A stretch of 64,000 bases of DNA, from NCBI RefSeq assembly GCF_036321535.1, contig NC_087436.1:110362001-110426000 (forward strand). Reading direction: 5' to 3'. The translations under genes and the position numbers were made by a program. Below, piece by piece: positions 63,575 through 64,000 of the stretch (position 1 is the first letter of the stretch; every line of letters starts with the position of its first letter). The notes under the pieces are model-generated. The model ran no database searches and was not told the DNA's origin. It saw only the letters and a list, made by a program, of their open reading frames with translations. The DNA comes from Camelus dromedarius. Lineage: Eukaryota.

Positions 63575-64000
63575 ACCTTGATTATGAGTGTAGATGTGAA
63601 GAAGATCAGATTTTCAAGGAGCACCACAAATGGTCATGTACAGACTAGAGCTTTGCCTTTTGTGATCATAAGATTGTCATGTCCAGCCATTAAGATTACA
63701 TTCTCTGCACACATAGTGATACAGGCTAAAAGTGAACAAGTAAGTAGCACAACAGCTAAGAGAGCAATTTAACCTCTCTAAAGGAGTTGCCAAAACTCCT
63801 ACTACTTGAAAGCTTACCATGAATGCAAAAAACAGATGAGAATCACTGAGAAGGGTGTCAAGTACAACCATATGGCTGTAAACATTCTGAAACAACAATG
63901 AACAACAGAAGTCAAGTAAGAATTAAGTGCTAAGAAGTGTGACTCTAAGATCTGCAAACGTTCATGGCAAAATGCAGATCAATGACAGAGGGTGTTTTCC

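Noticed and set aside
614..63898. ORFs of 60-125 aa in the supplied track as protein-coding genes
   Set aside because: None resembles a cellular protein I recognise. Many start at TTG/GTG, overlap repeats or are low-complexity, and there is no consistent exon chain.

Overview
This is non-coding mammalian genomic DNA (intergenic or deep intronic), AT-rich, and roughly half of it is recognisable transposon debris. I see no Alu, B1/B2, Bov-A/Bov-B, PRE-1, SINEC or ERE SINEs. That absence, together with the young L1 3' tails (e.g. 39020-39370, 20145-20345, 50108-50243) and a MER41-type solo LTR, points to a cetartiodactyl, most likely a camelid (inference). I cannot support any protein-coding gene, tRNA, rRNA or CRISPR feature; the listed ORFs are L1 remnants or chance ORFs. 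Recognisable elements include MIR, L2, CR1/L3, L1, MaLR (MLT1), ERVL (MLT2, LTR16 plus internal sequence, MER21-like), a MER41-like ERV1 LTR, MamGypLTR-like remnants and hAT MITEs (MER5, MER20, MER58). Subfamily names come from recalled consensus sequences, not a database search, and most boundaries are approximate. The observations most worth checking are: (1) an unannotated 78-codon open frame at 47.6-47.8 kb with integrase-core-like motifs; (2) a clear twin-primed (5'-inverted) L1 with a target-site duplication (TSD); (3) an intact MER41-like solo LTR; (4) a 79-nt miRNA-like hairpin; (5) several candidate enhancers and non-coding exons. I found no convincing new multi-gene system.
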